Numbered from the stretch's first letter, positions 1 through 9,400 are shown. The stretch is DNA of 61,999 bases from an uncultured Azospirillum sp. (GCA_900542055.1 UQMA01000005.1:1-61999); one strand, 5' to 3'. Numbers and translations are program-made. Notes: a model not told the origin generated them from the sequence alone.

Positions 1-13
1 TTTTTTTAGCCAT
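1..13 (-). CDS. 5' end of a leftward gene leaving the window (start codon plus 3 codons only)
   Basis: Minus strand reads GAGGA-7nt-ATG GCT AAA AAA (MAKK...) out of the window. Confidence 0.3.
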
Positions 14-171
14 AATTTTATCCTCAATATATTAAATATTGCCCATCTTTTAGCATACTAAAAAAATATTTTCCAGTTAAAAAAACTTTTCAACACTAAT
101 ATTTTGTATTTGCATAAAATGACAAATCTATTATATTGTCGCATAGTTATAATTTAAAGGACAGAAAAGAA

Positions 172-2007
172 ATGATAACCCAATTACGAAAAGCTCAGGA
201 ATCTTGGCTGGCAAAAGCCATTTTAGCCTTGACTGCGCTGAGTTTTATGTCTTTATTCGGCGTTTCGGGCTATTTGAACCGCGCCGCCGAAAATCCGGCT
301 GTTATAAAAGTAAACAACCGTAAACTCAGTTTGGCTGATTTTAATGCGCAGCTTGACGAACAAATCAAAATGGCACACCGCCTTTTTGGTGAAAATATTG
401 AAATAACCGATGAAATGCGCAATGCTATGTCTGCTGAATTGGTGCAAAAAAATTTAGCTGAAATGGTTATTAAAGAAGTTGCAGATGACCAAAATATTGT
501 CGTGGGTGACAACCTTATTCGCAGCCTTATTCTCAGCCAGCCGCAGTTTCGCGATGATAAAGGACGTTTCAACCCTGCCCTTTTCAATAATTTTTTATCT
601 TCTACCGGTTGGAGCGAACAAAAATATATTGAAACTTTACGTGCCGATATGATTAGAAGTTTTCTTATCAGTAATCCGGCGGGAAGCATGAAAGTTTCGA
701 AAACTTTGGCCGATTTGACTGCCAAGGTCGAAGGTCAGCGCAAAATTTTCAAATATATCGAAATCAATCCAGATGAAATAAAAATCAGCCGTCCGATAAC
801 GGAAGAAGAAATCAACCAATATTACAGCGATTTCAGCGGTGAATTTATTGAACCTGAAACCCGCGATATTACGGTTTTGGAACTCACTTTCGAAGACATA
901 GCCGGCAAAACTCCGGTTACAGATGAGGAAATCAAAGAGTTTTACAATAATAATATTGAACGCTTTGTTGTTCCTGAAAAACGCGACATTTTGCAAATGT
1001 TGTTCGCTGATGAAGAAAGCGCTAAAAAAGCAGCTGAAGAATTGAAAAACGGCGCCGATTTTTATAAAACAGCCGAAAAAGCAGCTGAACAAAGCAAAGA
1101 AGATACAAATCTTGGTTATGTTTCAAAAGATATGCTCATTGCTGAAATGGCCGATGATGTATTTGCTGCAGCCAAAGGCGGCATAGTCGGACCGACACAA
1201 TCAGAACTTGGCTGGCATATTATGAAAGTTGCCGATATAAAAGCCGGTTCAAAAGTTGACGATGCAGTTGCTAAAAAGCAAATTACCGAAGCTTTGCAAG
1301 TTGAAAAAGCTTACGAAAATGCTTCCGATGTTATTAAGGAAATCGAAGACAAAATCGGCGCGGGTTCTTCTTTGGAAGAAATTGCAAAGGACTTGGGGAT
1401 TCAGACAAAAAAAATTAAAGGATTGTCTGATACTGTTGTTACGCCTTATATGGAAACCGCTTTTTCTTATAACAAAGATGAAGTCAGTCAGGCTGTGGAA
1501 ACAGATAACGGTTTTGCTTTTGTACGAATTGACGGTATAACAGATTCACATCCGCAGGACATAAAAACCGCCACGCCGCATATTAAAAAATTATGGGCGG
1601 AAGGCGAACGTGCGGCAATAGCGCAGGAAATTATCAACGATGTTACAACCGACATTGAAAATGGGGATAAAATCGATGAAGTTGCAGATCGTTACAAACT
1701 AAAATTGCAAACAACCGGCGCTTTAACGCGCAGCCAGAGTTTTGCCGGACTGAACCAATCTCAAATCATTGATCTTTTTAATGACGCATTGGGAACAGCT
1801 AAACAATTTACTTTGGGCAACAAAACAATTATCGCCGTTGCCGCCCAAAATGCGCCGGCAAAAGAAATGTCTGATGAAGACATGGATATAATAAACCGCC
1901 GTTTAGGCTTGGACATTAACCAACAAGCCACGGCAAGATTAATCGACAGCTATGCTAAAAAATATGATATAAGAGTAAAATATCGCTTGCTTGGTTTGGC
2001 CGATTAA
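172..2007 (+). CDS. ppiD: PpiD-like membrane-anchored periplasmic chaperone / parvulin-type PPIase
   Basis: ORF 136..2007. In-frame ATG at 172 follows AAGGA. N-terminal TM anchor (AILALTALSFMSLFG), SurA-N-like region, parvulin-like GPTQSELGWHIMKV. Terminator follows. Confidence 0.75.
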   Translation: MITQLRKAQESWLAKAILALTALSFMSLFGVSGYLNRAAENPAVIKVNNRKLSLADFNAQLDEQIKMAHRLFGENIEITDEMRNAMSAELVQKNLAEMVIKEVADDQNIVVGDNLIRSLILSQPQFRDDKGRFNPALFNNFLSSTGWSEQKYIETLRADMIRSFLISNPAGSMKVSKTLADLTAKVEGQRKIFKYIEINPDEIKISRPITEEEINQYYSDFSGEFIEPETRDITVLELTFEDIAGKTPVTDEEIKEFYNNNIERFVVPEKRDILQMLFADEESAKKAAEELKNGADFYKTAEKAAEQSKEDTNLGYVSKDMLIAEMADDVFAAAKGGIVGPTQSELGWHIMKVADIKAGSKVDDAVAKKQITEALQVEKAYENASDVIKEIEDKIGAGSSLEEIAKDLGIQTKKIKGLSDTVVTPYMETAFSYNKDEVSQAVETDNGFAFVRIDGITDSHPQDIKTATPHIKKLWAEGERAAIAQEIINDVTTDIENGDKIDEVADRYKLKLQTTGALTRSQSFAGLNQSQIIDLFNDALGTAKQFTLGNKTIIAVAAQNAPAKEMSDEDMDIINRRLGLDINQQATARLIDSYAKKYDIRVKYRLLGLAD

Positions 2008-2029
2008 AAAAAGCTGAATATGGTAATAA

Positions 2030-2059
2030 CCCTCCGCGCAAAACGGAGGGTTTTATTTT
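2030..2059 (+). terminator. Rho-independent terminator after ppiD
   Basis: CCCTCCG-cgcaaaa-CGGAGGG followed by TTTTATTTT. Confidence 0.8.
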
Positions 2060-2207
2060 ATCAATTCAGCTTGCTTTTTGTCAACTTTCGTCATATTATA
2101 TATATACTATCAAAAATTATTCAGACTTATTTTATTCAATTATATCTATCCGGTTATATCTCGAGCAAGTATAACCAAAAAAGGATTAACGCTCAAAATA
2201 TATAGTT

Positions 2208-2966
2208 ATGAACACAAATGCATTTAACAGAGTTTTCAGAACAGTTGACGGCACAGTTTTCACAAAGATTAACGCTAGTGAGACTGAGACATTCAAGGGC
2301 AATTACATTACCGTAATCAATGGTAAGGCAGTTGCAGTTGTTGATGGTGAGGAAGTTGCAATGCCTTCTTCATTGTTCAATGAAATCGGCGTTGAGTACT
2401 TGTTTGTGGACTTTTACGCTCACGGCAAGAAGATGGCTAAGAAGCATGGCGTGTATAATGCTGTCAAGCAAGAAAACATTCGAGTTTGGCGCAACATCAA
2501 GCCTGGAGAGCCGATCAGAACCATCATCGACGGCTATCAGGAGCACGAAGTGATACTGGACGAAAACAGCGTTGCCGCGCAGAATATTGTGAAGAACGAG
2601 TATTATGCCATTCCGAAAGAGGTGCTCGCCAAGAAGTATCAATTTGATCACAGCGAGTTTGACTTTGATGTTTACGTTCCAAAGTCGGATGCTGTTTCAA
2701 GCTGGGTATATTCAGACGTGAACATCTTCGGTGTGTTGTGGGGAGGTCTTGAGTTCCTTACCACTCCTATGATTAACATCACCAATCCTGATGATTGCTA
2801 TGCCTGCAATTACGTGGTTTGGTGGGGAAATGACGGTCGTTTGAGTTCTTATAAGGTTCTCGGCTATTTCCGCGCTTGTGGCACGCAATTCTTTGCGCAG
2901 CCGGTTGCTGCTCCCGTATCAATTGCAGAAGCAACATTCCAGCCGCCAAAAGAGTTGTTTGCATAA
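2208..2966 (+). CDS. hypothetical protein, no recognisable family, atypical codon usage
   Basis: Clean 252-aa ORF between two strong terminators. Visibly richer in G/C-ending codons (AAG, GAG, GAC, CTG) than neighbours. No signal peptide or TM. Confidence 0.65.
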   Translation: MNTNAFNRVFRTVDGTVFTKINASETETFKGNYITVINGKAVAVVDGEEVAMPSSLFNEIGVEYLFVDFYAHGKKMAKKHGVYNAVKQENIRVWRNIKPGEPIRTIIDGYQEHEVILDENSVAAQNIVKNEYYAIPKEVLAKKYQFDHSEFDFDVYVPKSDAVSSWVYSDVNIFGVLWGGLEFLTTPMINITNPDDCYACNYVVWWGNDGRLSSYKVLGYFRACGTQFFAQPVAAPVSIAEATFQPPKELFA

Positions 2967-2979
2967 CTCTTTAAAAAAA

Positions 2980-3013
2980 TACTCCGACATTTTATATGTC
3001 GGAGTATTTTTTT
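2980..3013 (+). terminator. Rho-independent terminator
   Basis: TACTCCGACA-ttttatat-GTCGGAGTA followed by T7. Confidence 0.8.
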
Positions 3014-3084
3014 ACAAACAATTGCAGTTTTTTGTTATTTTATATATTATACAGATAAATTAATTTCATTTGGAAAGATTTTTT

Positions 3085-3513
3085 ATGACCTATAATCAAA
3101 AAACCGTTATCAACGGACAAGACATAACTTTGTCGGACAATGAGCGGCAAAAAGTTGAAAATTTTCATAGAAGCCGTGTTGCTTTTGCTATTTTGGAAGA
3201 CGGGAGCTGTGCCATAAATATAAAAGATAGCCGAGAACATAGAATTTATTTGCAGGAAGATTTCGGAATTTCAACCGATGATTTTGAAAAATTAACACGC
3301 GGATACATAAAATCAGGCCGCATTGTTTTTTATAAAACTTCAAAATTTCTTCCCGTTGAAAATATTTCGGAAAATGTTTTGAAAATTGTAAGCCGGCAGG
3401 CATTAAAATTTTTCGGCAGCGGAAAATATGAAATCTGGAACGGAGTTAAAATCGGAGCCATCGGAGAAGAATGGCTTCCGTTACAAAAAATGCCGGCTGT
3501 TTTCATCAGTTAA
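3085..3513 (+). CDS. hypothetical protein
   Basis: ORF 3070..3513 (TTG). In-frame ATG at 3085 follows GGAAAG. No recognisable motif. Confidence 0.55.
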   Translation: MTYNQKTVINGQDITLSDNERQKVENFHRSRVAFAILEDGSCAINIKDSREHRIYLQEDFGISTDDFEKLTRGYIKSGRIVFYKTSKFLPVENISENVLKIVSRQALKFFGSGKYEIWNGVKIGAIGEEWLPLQKMPAVFIS

Positions 3514-3524
3514 AGATACAAATT

Positions 3525-4943
3525 TTATCTCCCCTGATTGGCTTTTCTTGCCGCAAGCGACATTGAAAACCGTTGACCGTATTTTTTATTCATTTTTTCC
3601 ATTTTTTGTGGATCTTTCAGCATATTGTTAATTGTTTTTTGATCTTTTTTCTGCGCCCCCGGCAAAACATCGCTCAAAACTTTTCCCTGCTCCGGAGATA
3701 TTCCCGTTCTCTCAAATGTTATTTCTCTTGCATAATTTTTACAGCTTTGAGAAAGATGAAAATCAGCAATTTTTCCAGTTTCTTTTCCGTTTGCGGATTT
3801 TTCTTGAGGCAAATATTGTGATAAATCACCGACCTTTATACCACACTCTTTAAAATATGGATTTTGATCAAAAGAAGCAAACATCTTTTGAACTCGTTTT
3901 TGATAATCGGCATCATTTCCGACCATTGCAGCACCGATATTTGTACTATCTATATACTTCATATAATTTTGAATTTGATCTTCATATAGCGGCTGATATT
4001 TTTCTTTCCACATTTTGACAGTTCCCTGCACCATCAATTGCTTAGCTTCTTTGCTATCAGGATTTAGCCCTTTTTCCAAAGCCTCTTTATAAAAATCAAA
4101 GCCGTGCATTGCCATATCAAACGTTTTAAGAGCTTCTTCCCGAGAAACTCCATTTTTTATTTTTTCCTGATATTTATGATTGACCAAAATCAATTGTGAT
4201 ACATTTGCCGAAACTTCATCCCAGCAATTTAATTTTCCGTATTCTTCAGCATTCAGCCCCGGAGCATAAGCATTATTTCTATCATTTATAAAGTGTTCAT
4301 ATTCATGAACAATGGTACTTTTCCTAATATCTTCGGAAAGTAATTCTCCGCTTTTTTCCATAAATCTATTGATATTTTGCCCCTGATTAAAACGCGGATT
4401 TATTTTTTGTTTGCTTTTTTCCGCAACATTCCTCCGTTCTTCCTCTGAAGCATTCAGCACTTTCAATGTTATGTTTTTTTGTTCGTTATCATAATGTCCA
4501 ATTTCAAATGCGCCGGTTTCAACCATTTCATCATAGAGCTGCTGGGCGGTTATGGTATCGTTCACACTGGTTTCAGCATTGGAAAAAGCTTTTTTCTGTT
4601 CTTTTTTATAAGAGCTTTTCTGTTTTTTGGTTGAGGATAAATCCATATCTGTATAAGTTTCATTATCATCTATTTTATCCACCGAACCATCACTGTAATA
4701 ATTAACATCCCCCAAGCCGAAAAAAGACTTTGTCCGAACCGTTAATTTTTCTTGTTTGCTTTGGTTAACGCTAATTTCTTTTTTATCTTCAGTTTTATCC
4801 TTTATAGTCGGTTCTTGAGCTGCAGAAGATAAAGCACCGGAAGCTATAGCCGCTGTCAGCAAAACTTTTCTGACTTTTAATGCAGCTTTTTTAGTAAGTT
4901 TTGCACCGCCATTCATAAATTTTCTAAAAAACTCTTCCGACAT
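3525..4943 (-). CDS. secreted Lys-rich protein with HExxH zinc-metallopeptidase-like motif
   Basis: 472 aa. Charged N-region then hydrophobic segment VLLTAAIASGALSSAAQE. HEYEH encoded at 4293..4307. AGGAGAAGGA RBS. TTGACA/TATGCT promoter-like boxes at 4986..4991 and 4964..4969. Confidence 0.7.
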   Translation of the reverse strand: MSEEFFRKFMNGGAKLTKKAALKVRKVLLTAAIASGALSSAAQEPTIKDKTEDKKEISVNQSKQEKLTVRTKSFFGLGDVNYYSDGSVDKIDDNETYTDMDLSSTKKQKSSYKKEQKKAFSNAETSVNDTITAQQLYDEMVETGAFEIGHYDNEQKNITLKVLNASEEERRNVAEKSKQKINPRFNQGQNINRFMEKSGELLSEDIRKSTIVHEYEHFINDRNNAYAPGLNAEEYGKLNCWDEVSANVSQLILVNHKYQEKIKNGVSREEALKTFDMAMHGFDFYKEALEKGLNPDSKEAKQLMVQGTVKMWKEKYQPLYEDQIQNYMKYIDSTNIGAAMVGNDADYQKRVQKMFASFDQNPYFKECGIKVGDLSQYLPQEKSANGKETGKIADFHLSQSCKNYAREITFERTGISPEQGKVLSDVLPGAQKKDQKTINNMLKDPQKMEKMNKKYGQRFSMSLAARKANQGR

Positions 4944-5025
4944 TTCCTTCTCCTATTTATTTCAGCATATGACGGAATAAAGGTTTTGTCAATTTTTCTG
5001 ATAAATTTCACATTTGCAATTTAAA

Positions 5026-5062
5026 CAAAAAAACTGTTTTCTTTCAGAAAACAGTTTTTTTG
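5026..5062. terminator. bidirectional terminator hairpin
   Basis: A-run, ACTGTTTTC-tttca-GAAAACAGT, T-run. Lies just downstream of the minus-strand gene ending at 5082. Confidence 0.8.
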
Positions 5063-5081
5063 TTTGAGTTGTGTTTTAGTT

Positions 5082-5507
5082 TTACACTGCCACCACACCT
5101 GAGGTATATATTGTATTCTCTCTGGTGAAACCGACAGTCAGACTTGCTCCGCTTCTACGCTGATACTCACTGACTAAACTATTTGCAGCATCAAGCAGAA
5201 GCTGTTCGGGAATTTTTACCCAAATCGGTTCTGAAATCTCTTCGAGCAACTTATCGATATAGTTCAACTGAGCCTTCACATTTGGAGTTTGCTCCATAGT
5301 TTGAAGAGATTCTGCATCTGCCTTCATCAACGACACAAAATCGTCTTTTTTAGCAGTTTTGAACGCAATAACATCGACATGGTTGTTTGAAGAATTCAAA
5401 GTACCAACCCACATAAAATTGCAATTGCTTTGCAAATTTTCAACCGGTACGAGCAATGTACCTTTTAACATTACACTCATATTTATATAATTTAATAATT
5501 TTGGCAT
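5082..5507 (-). CDS. hypothetical protein, atypical composition
   Basis: ORF 5082..5540 (TTG). First ATG at 5507 (MPKLLNY...). No recognisable family. Own terminator. Confidence 0.55.
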   Translation of the reverse strand: MPKLLNYINMSVMLKGTLLVPVENLQSNCNFMWVGTLNSSNNHVDVIAFKTAKKDDFVSLMKADAESLQTMEQTPNVKAQLNYIDKLLEEISEPIWVKIPEQLLLDAANSLVSEYQRRSGASLTVGFTRENTIYTSGVVAV

Positions 5508-5764
5508 TTGTCCGTCAAACTGCGCTTGCCAAAGGCACAACGGATAAAGTTAAATTGCATTCGCCATGTTATTTACGTAATATCATAAAAAACATAATGC
5601 AATCAACTTTTTAATAATAACTAAATAAGACTTATTGTTTTTATTATAACACAAATCTTATACTAAACAAGTGTATTTTATCCAATTATATTAATAAATT
5701 TTAGATTATTTTCAGTTTGATAATATCTAATCTTTTTGTTCTTTAGTTATTTATCATATCTATA

Positions 5765-5800
5765 AAAATCCGGTTTCTTTTTATATGCAAACCGGATTTT
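5765..5800 (+). other. 12-bp perfect stem-loop in the leader of the phosphoethanolamine transferase gene
   Basis: AAAATCCGGTTT-12nt-AAACCGGATTTT ends 13 nt before the ATG at 5814. Confidence 0.6.
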
Positions 5801-5813
5801 ACGGGATTATAAT

Positions 5814-7424
5814 ATGAAAAATTGTTTTAATTTTATTCTATCATCAATTATCGTTTTATTTTTTTTAATGCTTCCTGAAATTATTTACGGTTTTGTAAAT
5901 CCTCAATTTAAAATTTGTTTTATGGGGGAAAAGCTTGCCGTTATTTATATTTTGGCGATTATTTTAACAGCTATGCCTTTTTCAAAATTTAAAGCTGTTT
6001 TTCTTTTTTGCTTTTCAATATTCAGCATTATTCAATTTTGCTATATGCAATATTTTGGCAATTATCTGACCGCTTATGCAATTAATTTTATTTTTTTGGA
6101 AGCTCATGACATTTGGCTTGAATCCAAAAGCATTTGGTTAAATTATATTCCTTTGATTTTATTGGTAGCCGTACCGTATTTTATTTTATTTTTACTCTGG
6201 AAAAAGAATATATTACCTCAATTTGTTTTTCCATATTACCCAATTTGTTTCTTTTTATTTTTCGGCTATTTTATTTATCAGGCAACAACACCTAATGGTA
6301 TTTTTCAAATGCTTTTTAAAAACACCTGTTATGCCTCATACAATACTATAAACAGTTTTTCAGCCTTTTTCGGAAATGTTTTACCGCAGCAATTTTTTAA
6401 AACAGAAAACAAAAAGAACTTTGATAAATATCAAATTACGCACATTGAAAAAGATTTAAAAACTCCGCGCAATATTATTTTTATCGTCGGAGAATCGACG
6501 AATGCCGACAATATGTCTTTATTCGGTTACAATATAAAAACCACCCCAAAACTTGAAGCATATGCAGCTGCTGATAAGAATTTCGTATCAACAAAAGTGT
6601 GGGCTGCTGCCGTTAACACTCTGATTTCGCTACCTATGCTTTACAATATTCAATACCACCCCGAAGATTATAAAAAATTAATCATAAAAGACACAAATTT
6701 ATTGCGATTAGCTAAACTCGGCAATTATCATGTCAGCTATATAGAACTGCAAAATGCCGGTGTTTTCAGAAAAACGAATTTGGATAACTATGATCAACTG
6801 TTTATTTATGACAAAAATAAAGATAAAGAATTTTCGGGAGAAGACGCTTTTTTGGATTTTGTGTTACCGAAAATAAATCTGAAAGAGCGAAATTTTATTA
6901 TTATTCATCAGCGAAACATACATTCGCCCTATACAGACAACTACCAAAATAACGCTGATATATCAACAACAGCATTAAAAACCACAAATTCCAAACGAAT
7001 TGATGATTATAATAAAGCTATGTTTTACGAAGACATGATTCTAGATAAACTGTTAAAATACGCGTCTTCCCTGCCTAACGAAACTTATTTCTATTATGTT
7101 TCTGACCATGGAGAATCTTTGGGACAAAATGGATTATGGGGACACGGACACCTTGATACCTCTGATTTGAAAGTTCCGTTTTTGTTTTCAATGTTTAACA
7201 GCAATGATGCCGATTACCGCGCAAAAATATCTTCCGGTATTTCATGCGCATACGAAGTTTCAATTTTGATTGCCGAAAAATTAGGTTATAAAATAGAAAT
7301 AACCGACAAAGAAGACGGAGTTTGTCTGGTGAACGGCAGAGACTCTATGGGAAGAGCCGGAATCTTAAAAATAAAAGGAAAACCTGACAGCGGAGAAAGC
7401 GTGCAAAAACTTCCCCCGCGTTAA
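5814..7424 (+). CDS. phosphoethanolamine transferase (EptA/CptA-like, sulfatase-fold, polytopic N-terminus)
   Basis: About 5 N-terminal TM helices. Then IIFIVGESTNADNMSLFGYN, HQRNIHSPY and YYVSDHGESLGQNGLWGHG, typical of lipid A/core PEtN transferases. Confidence 0.8.
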   Translation: MKNCFNFILSSIIVLFFLMLPEIIYGFVNPQFKICFMGEKLAVIYILAIILTAMPFSKFKAVFLFCFSIFSIIQFCYMQYFGNYLTAYAINFIFLEAHDIWLESKSIWLNYIPLILLVAVPYFILFLLWKKNILPQFVFPYYPICFFLFFGYFIYQATTPNGIFQMLFKNTCYASYNTINSFSAFFGNVLPQQFFKTENKKNFDKYQITHIEKDLKTPRNIIFIVGESTNADNMSLFGYNIKTTPKLEAYAAADKNFVSTKVWAAAVNTLISLPMLYNIQYHPEDYKKLIIKDTNLLRLAKLGNYHVSYIELQNAGVFRKTNLDNYDQLFIYDKNKDKEFSGEDAFLDFVLPKINLKERNFIIIHQRNIHSPYTDNYQNNADISTTALKTTNSKRIDDYNKAMFYEDMILDKLLKYASSLPNETYFYYVSDHGESLGQNGLWGHGHLDTSDLKVPFLFSMFNSNDADYRAKISSGISCAYEVSILIAEKLGYKIEITDKEDGVCLVNGRDSMGRAGILKIKGKPDSGESVQKLPPR

Positions 7425-7480
7425 ACAATGAATATTTAAAATTTTATTTATAAAGCGGTCGTATTTTTTATAATCATTGA

Positions 7481-7509
7481 TTGACAAAAACTTATGTTGC
7501 CGTTAAAAT
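7481..7509 (+). promoter_or_regulatory. sigma70-like promoter for the CNNM/CorC-family gene
   Basis: TTGACA-17 nt-TAAAAT. Confidence 0.45.
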
Positions 7510-7550
7510 ATAGCATTCTTAATAATTTGAGGTATGATTAAATATTATCT

Positions 7551-8876
7551 ATGAGTCCTGTATATTTATATATTTTTAACCTAGTACTTGTTTTTGTTCT
7601 GGTTTTTGCTAACGCTTTCTTTGTTGTTTCTGAATTTTCAATTGTTAAAATACGCCGCACCAAGCTTGAAGAATTGGCTCATAACGGCAGTAAACGGGCT
7701 AAAATCGGACTAAAAATCAATGAACGGCTCAATACTTATCTTAGCGCTATTCAATTGGGCATTACTTTAGCTTCGCTTGGCCTAGGTTGGATTGGGGAAC
7801 CGGCTGTTTCAAAATTGCTCGAAGCTCTTTTTGGCGCATGGTTTGCCGACAATCCGGTTTTGCTGCATTCTCTTAGTTTTGGTATTGCTTTTGGCTTTAT
7901 TACTTTGTTGCACGTTGTTCTCGGTGAATTGGTGCCAAAATCATTGGCTATTCAGGATACTGAACGTTATGCCTTGATTATTGCTCCGGCTCTTTACACT
8001 TTTAACCGTATTTTTTCGCCGTTCATTTGGGTATTTGACCATGTAACTATCGGAATCCTGAAAATCATGGGTATCAAACCAAGTGATGAAAACGGAGACG
8101 CACATTCCGAAGAAGAAATAAAATTGATCATCGACGCTTCGCAAAAAGGCGGAATTATTGATGACACAGAAGGAGAAATCATCCAAAACGCAATCTGTTT
8201 TTCAGAAACCTGCGCGCACGAAATTATGATTCCGCGGCAAGATATCAAATGCGTTGATAAAAATTCAAGCTATAATGAGGCTATGGATTTTATACGCAAG
8301 CATAATCATACCCGCTTTCCGCTCTGCGACAAGGACAAAGATCATATTGTCGGTATGGTTCATATCCGTGATATTTTGGAACATCCTGAAGATAAAGACG
8401 CCAAAGACTTTTTGAACCGTATTTCACGCCAGATTTTATTTGTTCCAGAAAACAAATCGATTTCGGACATTCTCCACCAGATGATGCTAAAACATATTCA
8501 TTTGGCTATCGTGGTTGATGAATACGGCGGAACAGCCGGAATGCTTTCAATGGAAGATATTCTTGAAGAACTGGTCGGCGATATCAGAGATGAACACGAT
8601 GAGCCCTCTGAGCCAATAAAGAAAATAGATGAAAGCAGCTGCGAATTTGACGGACTTTATTTAATTGAAGACGCTTTTGACTGCATGAACCTCCCGCATT
8701 TTGAACCGGAAGAAAGCACCATTGGCGGTTATGTTTTCGGATTAATCGGCAGAGAACCAAAAGTCGGAGATACGGCTGAAGACGAGTTTTGCCGTTATGA
8801 AGTTATGGCTGTAGATAATATGCGGATAACAAGGGTAAAAATTCATATAAAACCGCAAGAAATATCAGCTGAATAA
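7551..8876 (+). CDS. CNNM/HlyC-CorC family transporter (DUF21-CBS pair-CorC_HlyC)
   Basis: N-terminal DUF21 TM region, tandem CBS region and C-terminal CorC/HlyC-like domain. Overall architecture matches TlyC/CorC proteins. Confidence 0.8.
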   Translation: MSPVYLYIFNLVLVFVLVFANAFFVVSEFSIVKIRRTKLEELAHNGSKRAKIGLKINERLNTYLSAIQLGITLASLGLGWIGEPAVSKLLEALFGAWFADNPVLLHSLSFGIAFGFITLLHVVLGELVPKSLAIQDTERYALIIAPALYTFNRIFSPFIWVFDHVTIGILKIMGIKPSDENGDAHSEEEIKLIIDASQKGGIIDDTEGEIIQNAICFSETCAHEIMIPRQDIKCVDKNSSYNEAMDFIRKHNHTRFPLCDKDKDHIVGMVHIRDILEHPEDKDAKDFLNRISRQILFVPENKSISDILHQMMLKHIHLAIVVDEYGGTAGMLSMEDILEELVGDIRDEHDEPSEPIKKIDESSCEFDGLYLIEDAFDCMNLPHFEPEESTIGGYVFGLIGREPKVGDTAEDEFCRYEVMAVDNMRITRVKIHIKPQEISAE

Positions 8877-8882
8877 AAATGT

Positions 8883-8918
8883 AAAAAAGCAGATTTCAAA
8901 AAGAAATCTGCTTTTTTT
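8883..8918. terminator. bidirectional terminator
   Basis: GCAGATTTC-aaaaa-GAAATCTGC flanked by an A-run and a T-run. Confidence 0.8.
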
Positions 8919-8942
8919 ACATTTTTAACTTGCGTATGCAAA

Positions 8943-9218
8943 TTAACAAAGTTTCTTCTCTGCCGGAACACAATATTGCGTTTCATAAGCCTTATCCACA
9001 CTGCATCTGTGACGACGTGACGGAGGAGGAGGCGCAGGACGATGACGAGGCGGCGGAACCGGATGATAGTGCCGATGAGGTGGAGGTGGCGGAGCCGGAA
9101 CCACATATATCGGCGGTCCATAAGGATCAAGCAATCTATCAACAGTTGCACAACCGGTTAACAACGGAATGCATAACACTGCCCCAAAAATGCATTTAAA
9201 ATAATTTTTCATATTCAA
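8943..9218 (-). CDS. small lipoprotein with Pro/His/Arg-rich core
   Basis: Signal plus lipobox (CIPLLTGC). Core VVPAPPPPPHRHYHPVPPPRHRPAPPPPSRRHR. Cys-containing C-terminus. Confidence 0.6.
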   Translation of the reverse strand: MNMKNYFKCIFGAVLCIPLLTGCATVDRLLDPYGPPIYVVPAPPPPPHRHYHPVPPPRHRPAPPPPSRRHRCSVDKAYETQYCVPAEKKLC

Positions 9219-9270
9219 TATATTTTAAGGATTAATAATTTCTTTGTGTAAAAAAAATAGCACAGAAAAA

Positions 9271-9298
9271 ATATTTTGTCTATAAATAAACAAAATAT
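9271..9298. repeat. 9-bp perfect inverted repeat with 10-bp spacer upstream of the recombinase gene (candidate recombinase/operator site)
   Basis: ATATTTTGT-ctataaataa-ACAAAATAT. The left half contains TGTCTATAA, which resembles resolvase half-sites. Confidence 0.35.
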
Positions 9299-9400
9299 AG
9301 TTTTTATCCGTTTGCCTTAATAACAAAATTTTTAAAATGGCTTTATTTTTCAATCAGTTATCCTGCCTCTGTTTTTAATATCAGAAAAGGATAATATACT

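Noticed and set aside
270-1092. Two 151-aa minus-strand ORFs inside ppiD, plus similar internal ORFs in ftsK-like, mreB, gltX, recN, asmA, ileS and others
   Set aside because: They are shadow ORFs inside well-supported genes on the opposite strand or in other frames. This is typical of an AT-rich genome with few stops in some frames.
2020-2205. 61-aa ORF in the ppiD downstream spacer
   Set aside because: It spans the ppiD terminator hairpin, is AT-rich with low-complexity sequence, and has no RBS.
8930-9199. 89-aa acidic plus-strand ORF
   Set aside because: It is antisense to the Pro-rich lipoprotein gene. The minus-strand frame has a proper signal peptide and lipobox, whereas this frame has no start context.
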